Below are positions 48,122 to 60,976 of a DNA stretch of 64,000 nucleotides, piece after piece. The position numbers were made by a program, and so were the translations under genes. Location of the stretch: NCBI GenBank assembly GCA_965603825.1, contig CBFDEM010000024.1, forward strand, positions 248,001 through 312,000. The letters run 5' to 3'. Each line of letters opens with the position of its first letter. Positions within the stretch are counted from its first letter, which is position 1. Under the pieces are notes generated by a model. That model saw nothing but the letters and a program-made list of their open reading frames with translations. It was not told the DNA's origin and did no database searches. Source of the DNA: Blepharisma stoltei ATCC 30299. Taxonomy: Eukaryota; Protista; Ciliophora.

Positions 48122-49003
48122 ATGGTGAAGCTTGAAAATTACACTGGTCTCACTAAGAAGCAAGAGGACTTATTGAAGAAAGGCTACTGCCATGGCAGTC
48201 TTGCACTCCTGAATTTCAATCTTGCCCAAACTGACTTCACCTGGCACACCCGTGCTTCATACAGCAAAAACGGGACAAAGGAGCCAATAATTTCTTCATG
48301 GATTCAGTTCAAGCAAGGTCTGGCTTCTTGGAAAGCTAAAAAACGCACAGACGGACTTTCTCACTTCGTTTTTGACTGGACCCCTAAGGACTATGTTGCG
48401 AATCTTAAATTGAAGACTGAGTGCAAGACTCAGAAGGTAGGCTCAACTCCTCAAACTGAGCCAAGCTTCGCTGTTGAGTACACTCATCCAAAAGCTATTG
48501 GAAAACTCGTCTTTTTGGGAGCTCCATTGGTTGTTAAAGGAAGCTTGACATTGGGAACTCCTGCTTATGGGCTGGGACTTGATGGGAAATTCTCGACCCA
48601 ATCACAGAAGTTGACTGCTTATAACCTTGCTGCCTGGTGGTTCAGAAAGCACTCAAGGTTGGTTGTAAAGCATGTAGGAACTAACACTGAAGAAATCGCT
48701 TTGGGCAATTTGGAGCTATCTTATTATCATAAATTGAGCCCTAAGGTACACGTGGCTACCAAGGTTACCAATGAACTCAAAGGAAAAGCAACCAACTTCG
48801 AAATTGGAGGTGACTACAAACTTGATGACAAAACCTTAGTGAAGGCAAAAGCTGGAACTTGCGGAAGCTTTGCTCTTGGATTGGCAAGACAGCTCAGTGA
48901 CAACTTAAAGCTCACCCTTTCCACAGGCCTAGATTCTAAAGCAATCACTGCCTGCGACTTGCATGACTTCAAGTTTGGATTTAGATTCGATTATTCTCAA
49001 TAA
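48122..49003 (+). CDS. VDAC: Mitochondrial porin (VDAC)
   Basis: 293 aa; N-terminal Y..L.K...DLLKKGY helix; alternating beta strands; IGGDYKLDDKTLVKAK; terminal FKFGFRFDY beta-signal. Confidence 0.85.
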   Translation: MVKLENYTGLTKKQEDLLKKGYCHGSLALLNFNLAQTDFTWHTRASYSKNGTKEPIISSWIQFKQGLASWKAKKRTDGLSHFVFDWTPKDYVANLKLKTECKTQKVGSTPQTEPSFAVEYTHPKAIGKLVFLGAPLVVKGSLTLGTPAYGLGLDGKFSTQSQKLTAYNLAAWWFRKHSRLVVKHVGTNTEEIALGNLELSYYHKLSPKVHVATKVTNELKGKATNFEIGGDYKLDDKTLVKAKAGTCGSFALGLARQLSDNLKLTLSTGLDSKAITACDLHDFKFGFRFDYSQ

Positions 49004-49337
49004 TCTTAAAGAAAATATTTCCAATTTTATTATGTATAATATTAAATCTAATCTGCCATAATAGACAGATTTATCTGCATATTTAATAGTGAATTGAGAA
49101 TTGATAAATAAAAAATGTAGAAAATAAATCATAATATTTACCTTGTTTATTCTAGTAAATTGCATCTTAATTTAATATTAAAATACAATTTTTTAATAAA
49201 TGGTTCAGCAAACAGTATTTTTCGATATTTCAAATTTAAATTATTCCGCTTTTGAGAAACCACACAATATTAAACAATTTTTTTAATTTTATATTAAATC
49301 AATGTTCTATTTTGAAGGGTTTTAATAAGGGAATTAC

Positions 49338-51524
49338 TTACATCACAATAATTTTCTTTCTCCCAAGGCCGCCTTCGATCAAAAGACTCTTTATAAAATT
49401 GTTATAGCCTGAAGGGCCACAAACCCAAGCTCTGTCAGGATTAGATCCTGCATATTTCTTAATGATTTCTGGGAAGTTCATGTCTTTAGCTTGCTTGTCT
49501 ACCATCACAACAAATTTGAACTTATCTTCACCCAGAATTCTAGAAGTCTCTTCGAGCAGGTCTATGCAAAATGCATCTTCAACGGTTCTGAATGATGCAA
49601 ATAATGTAAGTTTCAAGGAAGAAGGATTATCTTTTGACAACCACAAATAGTGAACAACATCTAAAAATGGAATTATTCCAGTGCCTCCTGCAAATCCTAA
49701 GTAATTCCCTGAGTAATTGTTTAATAATAATCCAGGCCCAAGAGGACCTTTTAATTCTACAATGTTTTCAGCTGATAAATTGCTAAGATATTGGGTTATT
49801 TTTCCAAGACCATATACTCTGTATATCAACTGCAAATTTCCTTCGCTGCAAGCTGGATAATTATTGGATAACTTTCCACTATTATCTAATTCTTGTGCCC
49901 AACTATGGAGATCGGCAAAAAAGGCACTGTAATATCTTGAAATCGCAGTGCCGCCAATTTTTGCTGTAACTTTAAAGTGCTTTCCAATATAAGATGGTTG
50001 TAATTGCTCTTGACTAAGTCGAAAATGAGGCGAACTCAATGAAATGAGCCTTGTGGTTTCATTTAAAGCATGCTGGAAACTGACTGCCCAGTGCATCAAA
50101 TTGTTGGTCTCGCTTTCATCAAGCTTTTCTAGGTATCCTTCAGGATATGGAACTTTCGCAATTGCAAGTTTTTTAGTGTAATCAAATGCAGGCCGAGAGT
50201 GCGCATATGGCATTAGCTCCCCATTAATGCTACTGCAACCCACCATATACTTTCCTGCATCTTCTCCAATAGTATCTCGTAGCATATATCCACCACCAGG
50301 ATGAGAAGTGATAAAGGGACCGATATTCATCACAAGCTCATCACAAAACATCAATTTTGCTCCCTCTTTCTCTATCATTTCCATTGCTTCTTGATGACTC
50401 ATTTCAGGCAGTTTTTTTAAACACAAAAATCCCGGTTTTCAGAAAGACAATTGATGCCTTAACTCAAATAGAAACATAATAGCCAAACAAATGGCCAGCA
50501 TTATATCGTGCACTATCTCCATTGACATGATAGCAAAACCATAAGTATTGTTCATTAGGGCTAAAATAAGTAGTCCATAGCCAATTGCTTTGTGAGCTCT
50601 CCTTACTTGTGAAATAATGCTGAAGACTGAAGATTTAGTTTGGAGGAATTTGCAGATTAAGCCTATGAAGCCCTGGCCTAATATTAGACAAGTGATTATA
50701 AACCCGAGTCTTGAATGGTATCTAGGCTTTTTAGTAGTCTGAACTGTTGGTGTGTGATGGATTTGGTAAGCATATGAGACACTTATGATGGTACCAATAA
50801 TAACGATGGCAAAAGAAATAAGGTGACACCAGTACCAGCATTTAAGGTGTTTGCCATATCTTGCGACCATAATTGCGATTGGAGCCATTATAGTTCAGAA
50901 AATCGTCATAAGAACTAAATGAATCGCCAGTCCAAAGTATTTACTGTCTTCTTTTGAAAATGATTCATTATCTGCACTTCTGGCGAACTTAATCCTTCCT
51001 TGAGAATATGAATCATGCTCATCGAAGCCAAATTTTTTCCCTTTTTTATACCCTCAGTTAATGTCGATGTGCTTGTCGGCTTCTATGATTGTGTCTCATA
51101 TATCTCCAGTATTTAAAAGCCTTGAGAAAGTCGCATTGATAAATGTTGTTGTTTCTCCTGTTGCAGGATCTAGATAACTTGGGTCATAGTATCCTGTAAC
51201 GTCTATTACATCTTCTGTCCCACTCCAGTAATCAGTGTCTTCAGATGGCTCATCATGATTTTCTGACCATAAATCAATTAGAAAAATTGGTGATACTGTG
51301 TCTCCTCCACCTATTGCAACATACATATCACATCCGAACATGGTATTGGCCAGTCCAATTCCGCACCATTGTGCTTTACACTAAATAGTTCTTACGAGAA
51401 AATTGAAGGTAATGATATCCCCATTGATTTGGTAACCCATAGTCATATGGCTGTCAAAGGTCTCGTAGATGAATCCCATGCTTGCGCTTAAGAGAACATT
51501 GAATAATGCTATCATTTTCCACAT
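49338..51524 (-). CDS. DOMON - cytochrome b561 - cytochrome b5 - FAD/NAD(P)H oxidoreductase fusion protein (723 aa)
   Basis: One frame after removing intron 51381-51395 and reading TGA as Trp. Signal peptide; DOMON WCGIGLANTMFGCD..RLLNTGDIWD..WGY..H; b561 His motifs HLVLMTIFW, WYWCH, HSRLG, RAHK; b5 HPGG..AHS; FNR RYYS, GPLG, AGGTGIIP, CGP. Confidence 0.88.
51381..51395 (-). other. 15-nt spliceosomal intron
   Basis: GTAAGAACTATTTAG; A at -6; its in-frame TAG separates the signal peptide exon from the DOMON core. Confidence 0.88.
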
Positions 51525-52924
51525 TGAATATATTATAATGCCTTCAATTATCTGGCTTAATTATCATATTTGAGTGCTGGACAAGACACTGGAAATGGCC
51601 AAAACTAGCATAAAAAGCCAAACTTCGTTACAAGCACGGATAAAAAAACTGTTTTAAAGAGAATTTAAGAAATTGGCTACAAAATAAAAGGAAGTTTTTA
51701 TTATAAACAGAAAAATTTGTATAAATTTTCAAACGATCTATGCAATCATAATCAGAGCGAACATAATATTAGGGTGAGGAAAATATTTTTTAACCCTTTG
51801 TAAGATTTATTCAAGTAAAGATTAGGACCTAAACGATGAAAAGTGAGTTTTAAGACATTCTAAATAATTAAATTTTCTTATAACTTCATTAGCCAATCTT
51901 GGAGTGATGCCAGCTTGAAGAAATTGTATAATAAAGCATTATTGGCAATATTTTAAAATTTTGAAAATATTTCGTAAATAGCTTATAAAATCTCAGCAAT
52001 CATCATATAAGTGACAATTCATTACCAAAGTCTATTGAGAGTGAGTAAAAGCCTCTTTACAAAAATATCAATTCAAAATTTCTCTATGCTGGATCATTCA
52101 CTGACTATTTATTTGATTGATCATAAATGGAGAAGTTTTTTACTAAAGATAATCTATTGCCAATTTTTGAGAGATTTAAGAGTAAATTAAATATAAAATT
52201 ATATTTTATTTAGAATAAATTAGAATAGAGGTCTTAAGCTTTCCAAATACCGAAAATGTAAAAAATTTAACAGTTTTTCAAAAAATGAAACCTATGAAAC
52301 ATAGGTCATCTTTTTAATACTTCTAAATACAATAGTATCAAAAATTGCTGAATAATATTAATTTTATCAAGATATCTTACCCTTCAGCCTTCAATCCCTT
52401 TCCAAAACTATCAAATAAAATTTTATTTTTTATTTGACACTTATTCCGAATTACTTTTTATTTATTTCAATTTATATTTTGCATTTCATAAAATATATTT
52501 TGAGATTTAGATTTAATATTATAACAAGTATATTTTGGCTTATTTTAATTAGAAGATAAAGGGTAAATCCTAGTATAGGCCATAACTAAGAGTGTTTGAA
52601 AATTATGAAGTATTATAAAATTGCGATGGCAACAAAATTGTATAATATGCAATGAGGAATTCGAATTGTTTTATTCCATTAGCCTTTTGTTGCATTAACA
52701 GCTAAAGCTTTATTTTGGTTAAAAACCGTTTTAATTTTATTTTATGCCTAAAATCAGAATATTCACTCAAAAGCAGCCAAATTTTTGAATGCTCGAGGCT
52801 CAAGAACCATTCAGACCAAAACAAGCAGTTCCCAATACTGGTAAATAAAGTAATAAGAGGCAAAGAAACAGACTGAGACTGTAACGTAGATAGAACTTTA
52901 AACTAAAAAAATTTAAAAATACTT

Positions 52925-54998
52925 TTATTTCTCGCTGTTTTTCATTGCAATTTCTTCTTCAACCTCAATTAACTGCCTTTCAATCATTTTTACTTGATTA
53001 TTCTTTTGTGACATAGAACGTCCTAGCATTTTCTTAGACTTTATCAAATATGTTCTTGCTGACTCATGATTTCCATGGTCTCGTTCCCAATTAGACTTTG
53101 CATTAAAGATATAGGCGATAAGAGGACTTTTTGCAGATTCAGGAGATCTAGAAACTGCGTAATCAAGAATTTTTTCTAATAAAATATTCCTATCCCATCC
53201 TTTAATATTTAAAAGTGAGATGAACATTTTACCTATTGGGTGGCAGTAAGGATTTTCATCTTGCTTCAATCTCTTAATTATCATCTTCTTAGAGAGTTCT
53301 TCGAATTCTTTATCAATTTTTTCAGATTTTATCTTAAAAATAGCTTTTAATATTAATTCGAATTGAAAAAAATAAAATTCAAGTGTGGATGAAAGATGTG
53401 CATATTTCTTTTTAAAAATGTCTAGGACCTCTTCAACTTCTTTTGTTTCAAATTGTATGAATAATATATCATCGCTGACACTGCGATAGCTATGAAGCTA
53501 ATCACATCAGATGATTTTAGTGTTGTGAGTTTGACTTTATCAAAATATATCTTAGCCTGATTGAAAGATCCCAGAAAAAAGTATATGCATCCCATTTCTG
53601 CATACAGTCATCCTAGTAATCGATTTTGAACAGGGAAAATATCCAAACCTCCTTTAATTTTTTCAACATAATCAAATGGACTTACCAAATTACCTTTTCA
53701 AATATCTAGCTTTAAGAGAGCAATATCATAATGCTTTCCAGATCCTTTTGATATCAGTTTGCCCTTTTTCAAATATTTTCCTGCAATGTCAAAAACGAAT
53801 TGAAACATAGCGACATACCCAAGAATAAAATAAATTTTATCCAGTAAAGATCAAATTCCTAGGTCTTTACATATTTTCTTGCTTTTTTTTAAATAAGAAC
53901 GGCCTTTTTCAGTTTTTATTTTTACCATTTGCAAATATCCTAATAGATACTCAGAAAGAGCTAAATATGATAATTGATCAGTATTTTGAAAATAAATTTC
54001 GCTAGATTTTAGAAATGGCAGTGATTTTTTTAAACTCATCCTATAGAGATACGATATTCCTCTTCAAAATGCCATCCAATTAATATAATCATAATTTATG
54101 GGAAAAGCTTGCTTAGAAATTGATTTTGTTTTTCTGAGAAACCTTCTTGGCTCGTATTTTTCATTTCAATCTAAATATATGCGTGAAATAAATTCCAAAA
54201 ATTCCACAAAATATGGACTAATAAAATCCTCTGGTCTTGGGACAGGCTGTGAATTCATTGGGTAGTGCTTAATTTTGTGATTAATCATAAATATGTAATA
54301 ATCAATAAAAAACAAGTCGATGTTTTTATGGTATTTAATTTTCTCAAATATTCTTCTGCATTCCTTATATAAGTATTTAGCTTGGTAGTACTCATCATCA
54401 TAAAGTAAGCTTCCAGCAAGATTAAAAAGCTCTGTTAGAAGTTGGTCTTCATTTATAATTTCTCCGCCATGGAAATCCTCTACATCCGCTAAATAATTAT
54501 AGTTGTAAAGATGATTCTGAACTTTTTCCAAATGTTCTATTACTTTTAAAAACGAAACATCAAAAAGTCAAGATCTAGAGACTTTAAATAAACTTTTGTC
54601 TTATCCAAAGGCTGAGTCAAAAAATATTCAATAGGATTATAGCAAATTTTTTTAGGAACTTCAAAAGTATATATAACCTTTAATTCTATTTCTCGACAAC
54701 TCATCATAACATCAGTGATTTTTTTGATAAGAAAATAGCCTGGATAACCTTTCTTAATTTTTTTGATTCATTTAATTGCAATCTTTGATTTCAATCCTAA
54801 TAATACACGTTTTACTTCGTAAAGCCAGCTTAATATTTCATTTTTAGATTCTACATTAACTGCATGATAAAGTTTTTTGCCTTGATGGCTTTGTGGGTCT
54901 CCTGAAGAGTGCTCTATATAATGCCGCTTGCATCACCCTTGACCGCAGCACTCTATAGTTGGTTCAAAAAGGCATTTTGCGAGCTTGCAAATAACCAT
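52925..54998 (-). pseudogene. Cys/His-rich N-terminus plus TPR-like helical repeat gene with two apparent frameshifts
   Basis: MVICKLAKC..CC..WCKRH..EH..H start; TPR-like YAEMGCIYFFLGSFNQAKIYFDK and GNHESARTYLIKS. Frame is lost by 1 nt near 54565 (T run) and near 53500. Confidence 0.65.
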
Positions 54999-55266
54999 GG
55001 CTGAAAATATTTATAAACTAAAGGTTAGTCCTTAATTTAGTTATTATTTTTTATGAGTAGCTATGAAGCTAGGGTGATATTTGATACCAAAAGATCAATC
55101 AAAACGTAATTTGTTTTGCCAAGCTTATTATTATCTTACGCATGCACATTTATTGTGAATCTAAACTTAAGATATTTTGAGGATAGATTAAAAACAGAAC
55201 TGTAGGATTTTTATCCTATAAAATTCACTTATCTCTTGAATTTCAGCTTCTTTATTATTTATTTAA

Positions 55267-56400
55267 TTATTTGTGACTTACATAAACTTCTATCACACAA
55301 TCATAGATATTCTGCAATACAGATTTGGCAAGTTTCCTTGCTGATTGCTCTTGGCTCAATGATAATTGGGTAGTTTCTTCTCTTTGCTCCATATATTTAC
55401 CTTTTCCAATAGGCTTATTTTGTTCCTCTTTTATCCTCATCTCTAAATCTGCAATAACTTTTTCTTCATGCGCTATTAGCTTGCTTGTATTTTCTTCAGT
55501 TTTTAATCTCCTCTTTTGTTCAGAGCTTAGCTCCTTACATAGGGCTGTCTTCATTAAGCTTCACTCTTCTTGCTGCAAGTCAATATTTTTATACCACTTA
55601 TTGACAGCTTCATCAACTCTAACTGAATATTTCCCATTACTCGATATCTTTATAGACGATGATATATCCTGCACAAGCTCTCCATACCTCTGCTTTATTT
55701 CCAATTTCGCTTCTTTTTCAATTTTCCCAATCGCAGTTTTACTATCATTTCTCATAGGCGACCCTCCATTCATTCTTCTCAACTGTCTATTTTCTTCCTG
55801 GGCATCAAGCAATTTTTTGTCCATAACTTTCACTTCTTCTTCAATCGCCTGCAAGAATTTTTCAGTTTTCTTTTCATACATGTCTTTAATTAGCGTAGTT
55901 TCTGGGTCCAATTTAGCTTTATTTCTTTCACGTTCAATGAAATTTTTTAATAAAGCTAATGTATGAATCTCATTTTGTTTTTTATTTTCTATTTGTTTTT
56001 CTAATACTCTTCTTGACTTCAGAAACTCATTTGTAAGCCTTTCTATCTCTTTAGGAGCGTCATGATTTTTCGACATAACTCTCGATGGCTTCATCCCGTC
56101 ATTGGGACGAAACTTAGGCGGAGTCTTTATAAGTGACGAATAATCTGAAGCTTTTCTGGATTTGCTGCTTAATTCTGGTGAGTAGCTTTGTGTTTCTGAA
56201 GTTGGCGTGCTGGTCCTAAAATCATTTGATTCGCTCACAATAGATTCGTCTACTTTGGGAGATTTTGATACAGGCTGGGTTATTGCTCTTGCATAGTGTC
56301 TTCCTAAGTCCTGCTTGTGTGAATAAGCTGGAGGTGCAGGTGTCTGCGAAACGTTCTTGACTCGATCCAAAAAAGCATTTACCCTTAAAGAGGTAGACAT
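55267..56400 (-). CDS. Ser/Pro-rich plus coiled-coil protein (377 aa)
   Basis: Two ORFs joined in frame by TGA at 55561. Confidence 0.8.
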
Positions 56401-56442
56401 AATTTAATATGGATCCATCATTTAATAAGGGTTTAAATTTAT

Positions 56443-57783
<1,341 letters not shown>

Positions 57784-57828
57784 TTATATCCACAATTAAA
57801 ATGGTTTGAAATATGAAAACAAATCAAA

Positions 57829-57855
57829 GGGAATTGGGTAAATAGGGAATTAGGG
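57829..57855 (+). promoter_or_regulatory. Canonical G-quadruplex-forming motif upstream of beta-tubulin
   Basis: GGG-AATT-GGG-TAAATA-GGG-AATTA-GGG, 52-78 nt upstream of the ATG; function is inferred only. Confidence 0.45.
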
Positions 57856-58329
57856 AAGATAATGAAAGACAGAGGTAAAGAAGAGAGGACTAAGGTAAAT
57901 ATGGGATTTTGTGGTAAAGGAGAATATAAATAGGGATAGGGTTAAATTAATTAATTTTAGAATACAGAACTAGGATTACACGAGCGGGTGACTAAAGTTT
58001 TAGGTTTGTGCAAAAGGAAATATTGATTATAAATAATAATTATAAGCAAGATAAAAAATGGACAGTCGAGAATAAAATTTTTAGATTACGTAGAAAGTCA
58101 ATAAGTGTAATTAATTAGTTGGAATAGAGAATACAATGATCATTTATAAGCAAGATAGGCTCTGGCCATGAAATACAAGCTTAAAAGAATTTTTTATAAA
58201 AACAGCTATATAAACAGTGCATAAAGCCTTATGAAGCCAATTGAAATGATTGATATTAGATAAAAGAATTAGCTCGCCTCAAGAATTTTTATTTACAGTA
58301 AAAATGTCTAAATCATATAGTCATAAACA

Positions 58330-60384
58330 ATGGAAGTAGACGCTATCGTTAAATGCCTTTCTTTTGCTGCTATGGCTGCAATTGCCTATATGCTATATTA
58401 TCACCACCAAGCCATGAAAAAGTTTGAAGAGCAGTTAGAGAATGAAGGCGAAGAAGTATTCTCATCTTCCATTCCTCAGCCATCCAAGCGGCAAAAAACT
58501 GAAAAGTTTCACAATGAAACCGAAAATTTTGGAGCCCAAAGTCATGATTTATTATTTGGAGCTTCAATTCAAGAAGAATACTCATCCTACCAGCCATTGA
58601 TAACAATTCCTACACGCCATGAAGTGTGTGTTGGAACAGAAGATGATATAGAAATCATTGAAAACGGAAAACCAGAGAAAAGACCAAGAAACTCTGAAAG
58701 ATCAGCAAATCTAAAGAAAGTACAGAGAAAACCCATCCCATTTGTGCAAAATGGTGTTAAGGAAAAGAATGTTCATTGTGATGTCAATTTTCACAAAGAT
58801 AGAAGAGAAGCGTTTTATGCAAAACTAAGAGAAAGGCCTAATAGCCCAGTAAAGAGATTTGTCGTAGAAGAAACAAAGAAAAAGGCAAATGAAATTGTGC
58901 ACATAATTGATCAAAAGCCACAAGCAGCTTTTTCACTAGAATTAAGTGGAGAAAAAGTCGCAAAAATGAGGGAAGAATTTAAACGTTCATATAAAGAAGC
59001 TCAAGCCGCTCCAAAAATTGCAGAGCCTGTTAAGAAAGTTGAGGAAAGAAATGTTAATTTGGTAGGAAACATTAGAGAAGCTCCAAAGCCTGATTCAGGT
59101 TTAATTAAAAGTAAAGAGGAAGCCAAAATAGCACCCCTATCTCAAGAATTTTCGCAAAAATCGTCACCACTAAATCTATCTAAACAATTCCCAGAAATAA
59201 CTCAAAAATCCCAAACATTATCTCAGGATACTCAAAAGTATCCATTTGGTGGAGAAACTCTTCAAAAGACTTCTCAGCTCATAGAAAAATCTGTAACTTC
59301 TGAAGCATCCCAAAAGTCATCACTATTTGGAGGAGAAACTGCTAAAGTCTCAACATCAGCTCCAGCATACTCTTTCTTTGCTTCACAATCTCAAGCAGCA
59401 TTATTCTCAGCACCATCAACTCAAAAATCAGAGTCCGATCTTTCTAAAGAAACTGAACAAAAATCCAAATCTTCTTTAGAACCCTCAAAGGTTTCAGATA
59501 CTGGCCTTAAGTTTTTATTTAGTTCCAGTGCCATTGCCTCTATTCAGATGCCGAAGCCGCCTGCAGAACTCATAAAAAAGCAAGAAGAAAATAAAAGTTC
59601 GGCATCATCAAACAGCACTCAACCAATTCTTGCTGAAACAGTTAAATCTGAGGAGTCCAAAAAAAGCGAAAATACGCCTGCTTTAGCTAAATCTGAGGAG
59701 TCCAACAAAAGCGAAAATAAGCCTGCTTTTCCATCCCCATTTGGGAGTTTTACAAATCCCTTTACAAAAAATGAAAACCAGCCTGCTTCCTCTTTATTTG
59801 GAGGATCAACAATTTTTAGTGGAAAAACAGAATCTCTTGCTGACACACAAAAGTCGGCTGGGTCTTTATTTGGAGCCAAAATAGGTGAAGCTAAAAATTT
59901 TCCAACTACTGCAACTCAGAGCCAGCCTCCTTTATTTCCAACTAATCTGTTAGCCTCTTCCTCAACTCAGCCTTCATCTTTCTCAGATCCTTTTAAATTA
60001 GCATCTGAAGCGAAAACTTCTTTATTCCCTGCTGCAAGCCAAAATAAAGATGCAGACGGGAAGCAAGAAACACAAATTAAATATCCAGAGTTACCAAAAC
60101 CTCCAACAACAACTCCACAAAATCTATTTCCAGGATTGCCTACAAATTCGTTATTTAATGCCAAGTCTTCAGATAAATCATTATTTCAGTCAGTTAGTTC
60201 ACAAGGTAGCTTTTTTGGCACTCCCAATCTAACTCCCTTCCCAGATTCAGCTAAATCACAAACTCCTCCAACTTCTGCTGACCAGAAACCTCAAACTCCT
60301 CCTACAAGTTCTCTGTTTGGCTCTAAATTTCCTTTCTCAAACCCATCAGCGTTCAACCCAAATTCTTCAATGAATAGCAAATAG
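58330..60384 (+). CDS. Transmembrane FG-repeat nucleoporin, POM121-like architecture
   Basis: N-terminal TM helix (CLSFAAMAAIAYMLYY), basic patches, then an S/T/Q/P-rich region with PFGG, SLFGG, PFG, SLFG, FFG repeats. Confidence 0.7.
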   Translation: MEVDAIVKCLSFAAMAAIAYMLYYHHQAMKKFEEQLENEGEEVFSSSIPQPSKRQKTEKFHNETENFGAQSHDLLFGASIQEEYSSYQPLITIPTRHEVCVGTEDDIEIIENGKPEKRPRNSERSANLKKVQRKPIPFVQNGVKEKNVHCDVNFHKDRREAFYAKLRERPNSPVKRFVVEETKKKANEIVHIIDQKPQAAFSLELSGEKVAKMREEFKRSYKEAQAAPKIAEPVKKVEERNVNLVGNIREAPKPDSGLIKSKEEAKIAPLSQEFSQKSSPLNLSKQFPEITQKSQTLSQDTQKYPFGGETLQKTSQLIEKSVTSEASQKSSLFGGETAKVSTSAPAYSFFASQSQAALFSAPSTQKSESDLSKETEQKSKSSLEPSKVSDTGLKFLFSSSAIASIQMPKPPAELIKKQEENKSSASSNSTQPILAETVKSEESKKSENTPALAKSEESNKSENKPAFPSPFGSFTNPFTKNENQPASSLFGGSTIFSGKTESLADTQKSAGSLFGAKIGEAKNFPTTATQSQPPLFPTNLLASSSTQPSSFSDPFKLASEAKTSLFPAASQNKDADGKQETQIKYPELPKPPTTTPQNLFPGLPTNSLFNAKSSDKSLFQSVSSQGSFFGTPNLTPFPDSAKSQTPPTSADQKPQTPPTSSLFGSKFPFSNPSAFNPNSSMNSK
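59643..59729 (+). repeat. 45-nt in-frame tandem duplication in the nucleoporin
   Basis: KSEESKKSENTPALA / KSEESNKSENKPAF. Confidence 0.85.
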
Positions 60385-60497
60385 CATATAAATCATACCT
60401 TTTAATCTTTATTCATAATAAATATTATTGCTGGTAAAAATTCAGTAAAAAATTTACATAATAGAAGTCACATTGGCAATGCAGATTGTTTATAAAA

Positions 60498-60704
60498 ATG
60501 GGAAACCAGTGTTGCACAAAGAGATTTAAGCAAAATTTTTTCGATGCAAGCAAAGATATCTCAACAGATTGCGATGTTGACATTGGGGAGAAAGGGAGTA
60601 ACAGAGAAAAAGCATTGCATATGAAGCTAAGCATGAAAAACAGCTCATTATATAAAAAACGAACGTCTAAACTTGGATTAAAAAAACAAAAAACTGCAGC
60701 TTAG
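60498..60704 (+). CDS. Small N-acylated basic protein (68 aa)
   Basis: MGNQCC myristoyl/palmitoyl start and Lys-rich tail. Confidence 0.65.
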   Translation: MGNQCCTKRFKQNFFDASKDISTDCDVDIGEKGSNREKALHMKLSMKNSSLYKKRTSKLGLKKQKTAA

Positions 60705-60976
60705 TAATAAATGTAATATTCTCTTTACTTATTTGGAATAATTCTACTAGCAGTTACCAAAATGTATAGCAATCTTCATGCTTCTTCAGTCGAACTCCAA
60801 GTTTTAATCCTAGAACCTTATAAAAACTAAGCTATAGCTTATCTATTTCTAATTATTTATACAAAAAATAAAATATTTTTTCTGTGTTTCTCTTGTTCTT
60901 CTAATAATTATCAATATGTATCTTCTTCTCAATATGTCTAATTCTAAATAAAAACATATCAGAACACTCTGTCAAA

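Noticed and set aside
51530-52920. 1.4-kb AT-rich gene-free stretch as a possible retained IES or mobile element (similarly 34240-35180 and 11940-12780)
   Set aside because: No terminal repeats, no long ORF noticed even allowing TGA=Trp, and no boundaries that can be defined from sequence alone.
55325-55966. 213-aa plus-strand ORF and many other antisense ORFs in the track (e.g. 423-743, 14882-15226, 47567-47944, 56771-57115)
   Set aside because: They are shadows of real genes on the opposite strand or in another frame, with no motifs and often non-ATG starts.
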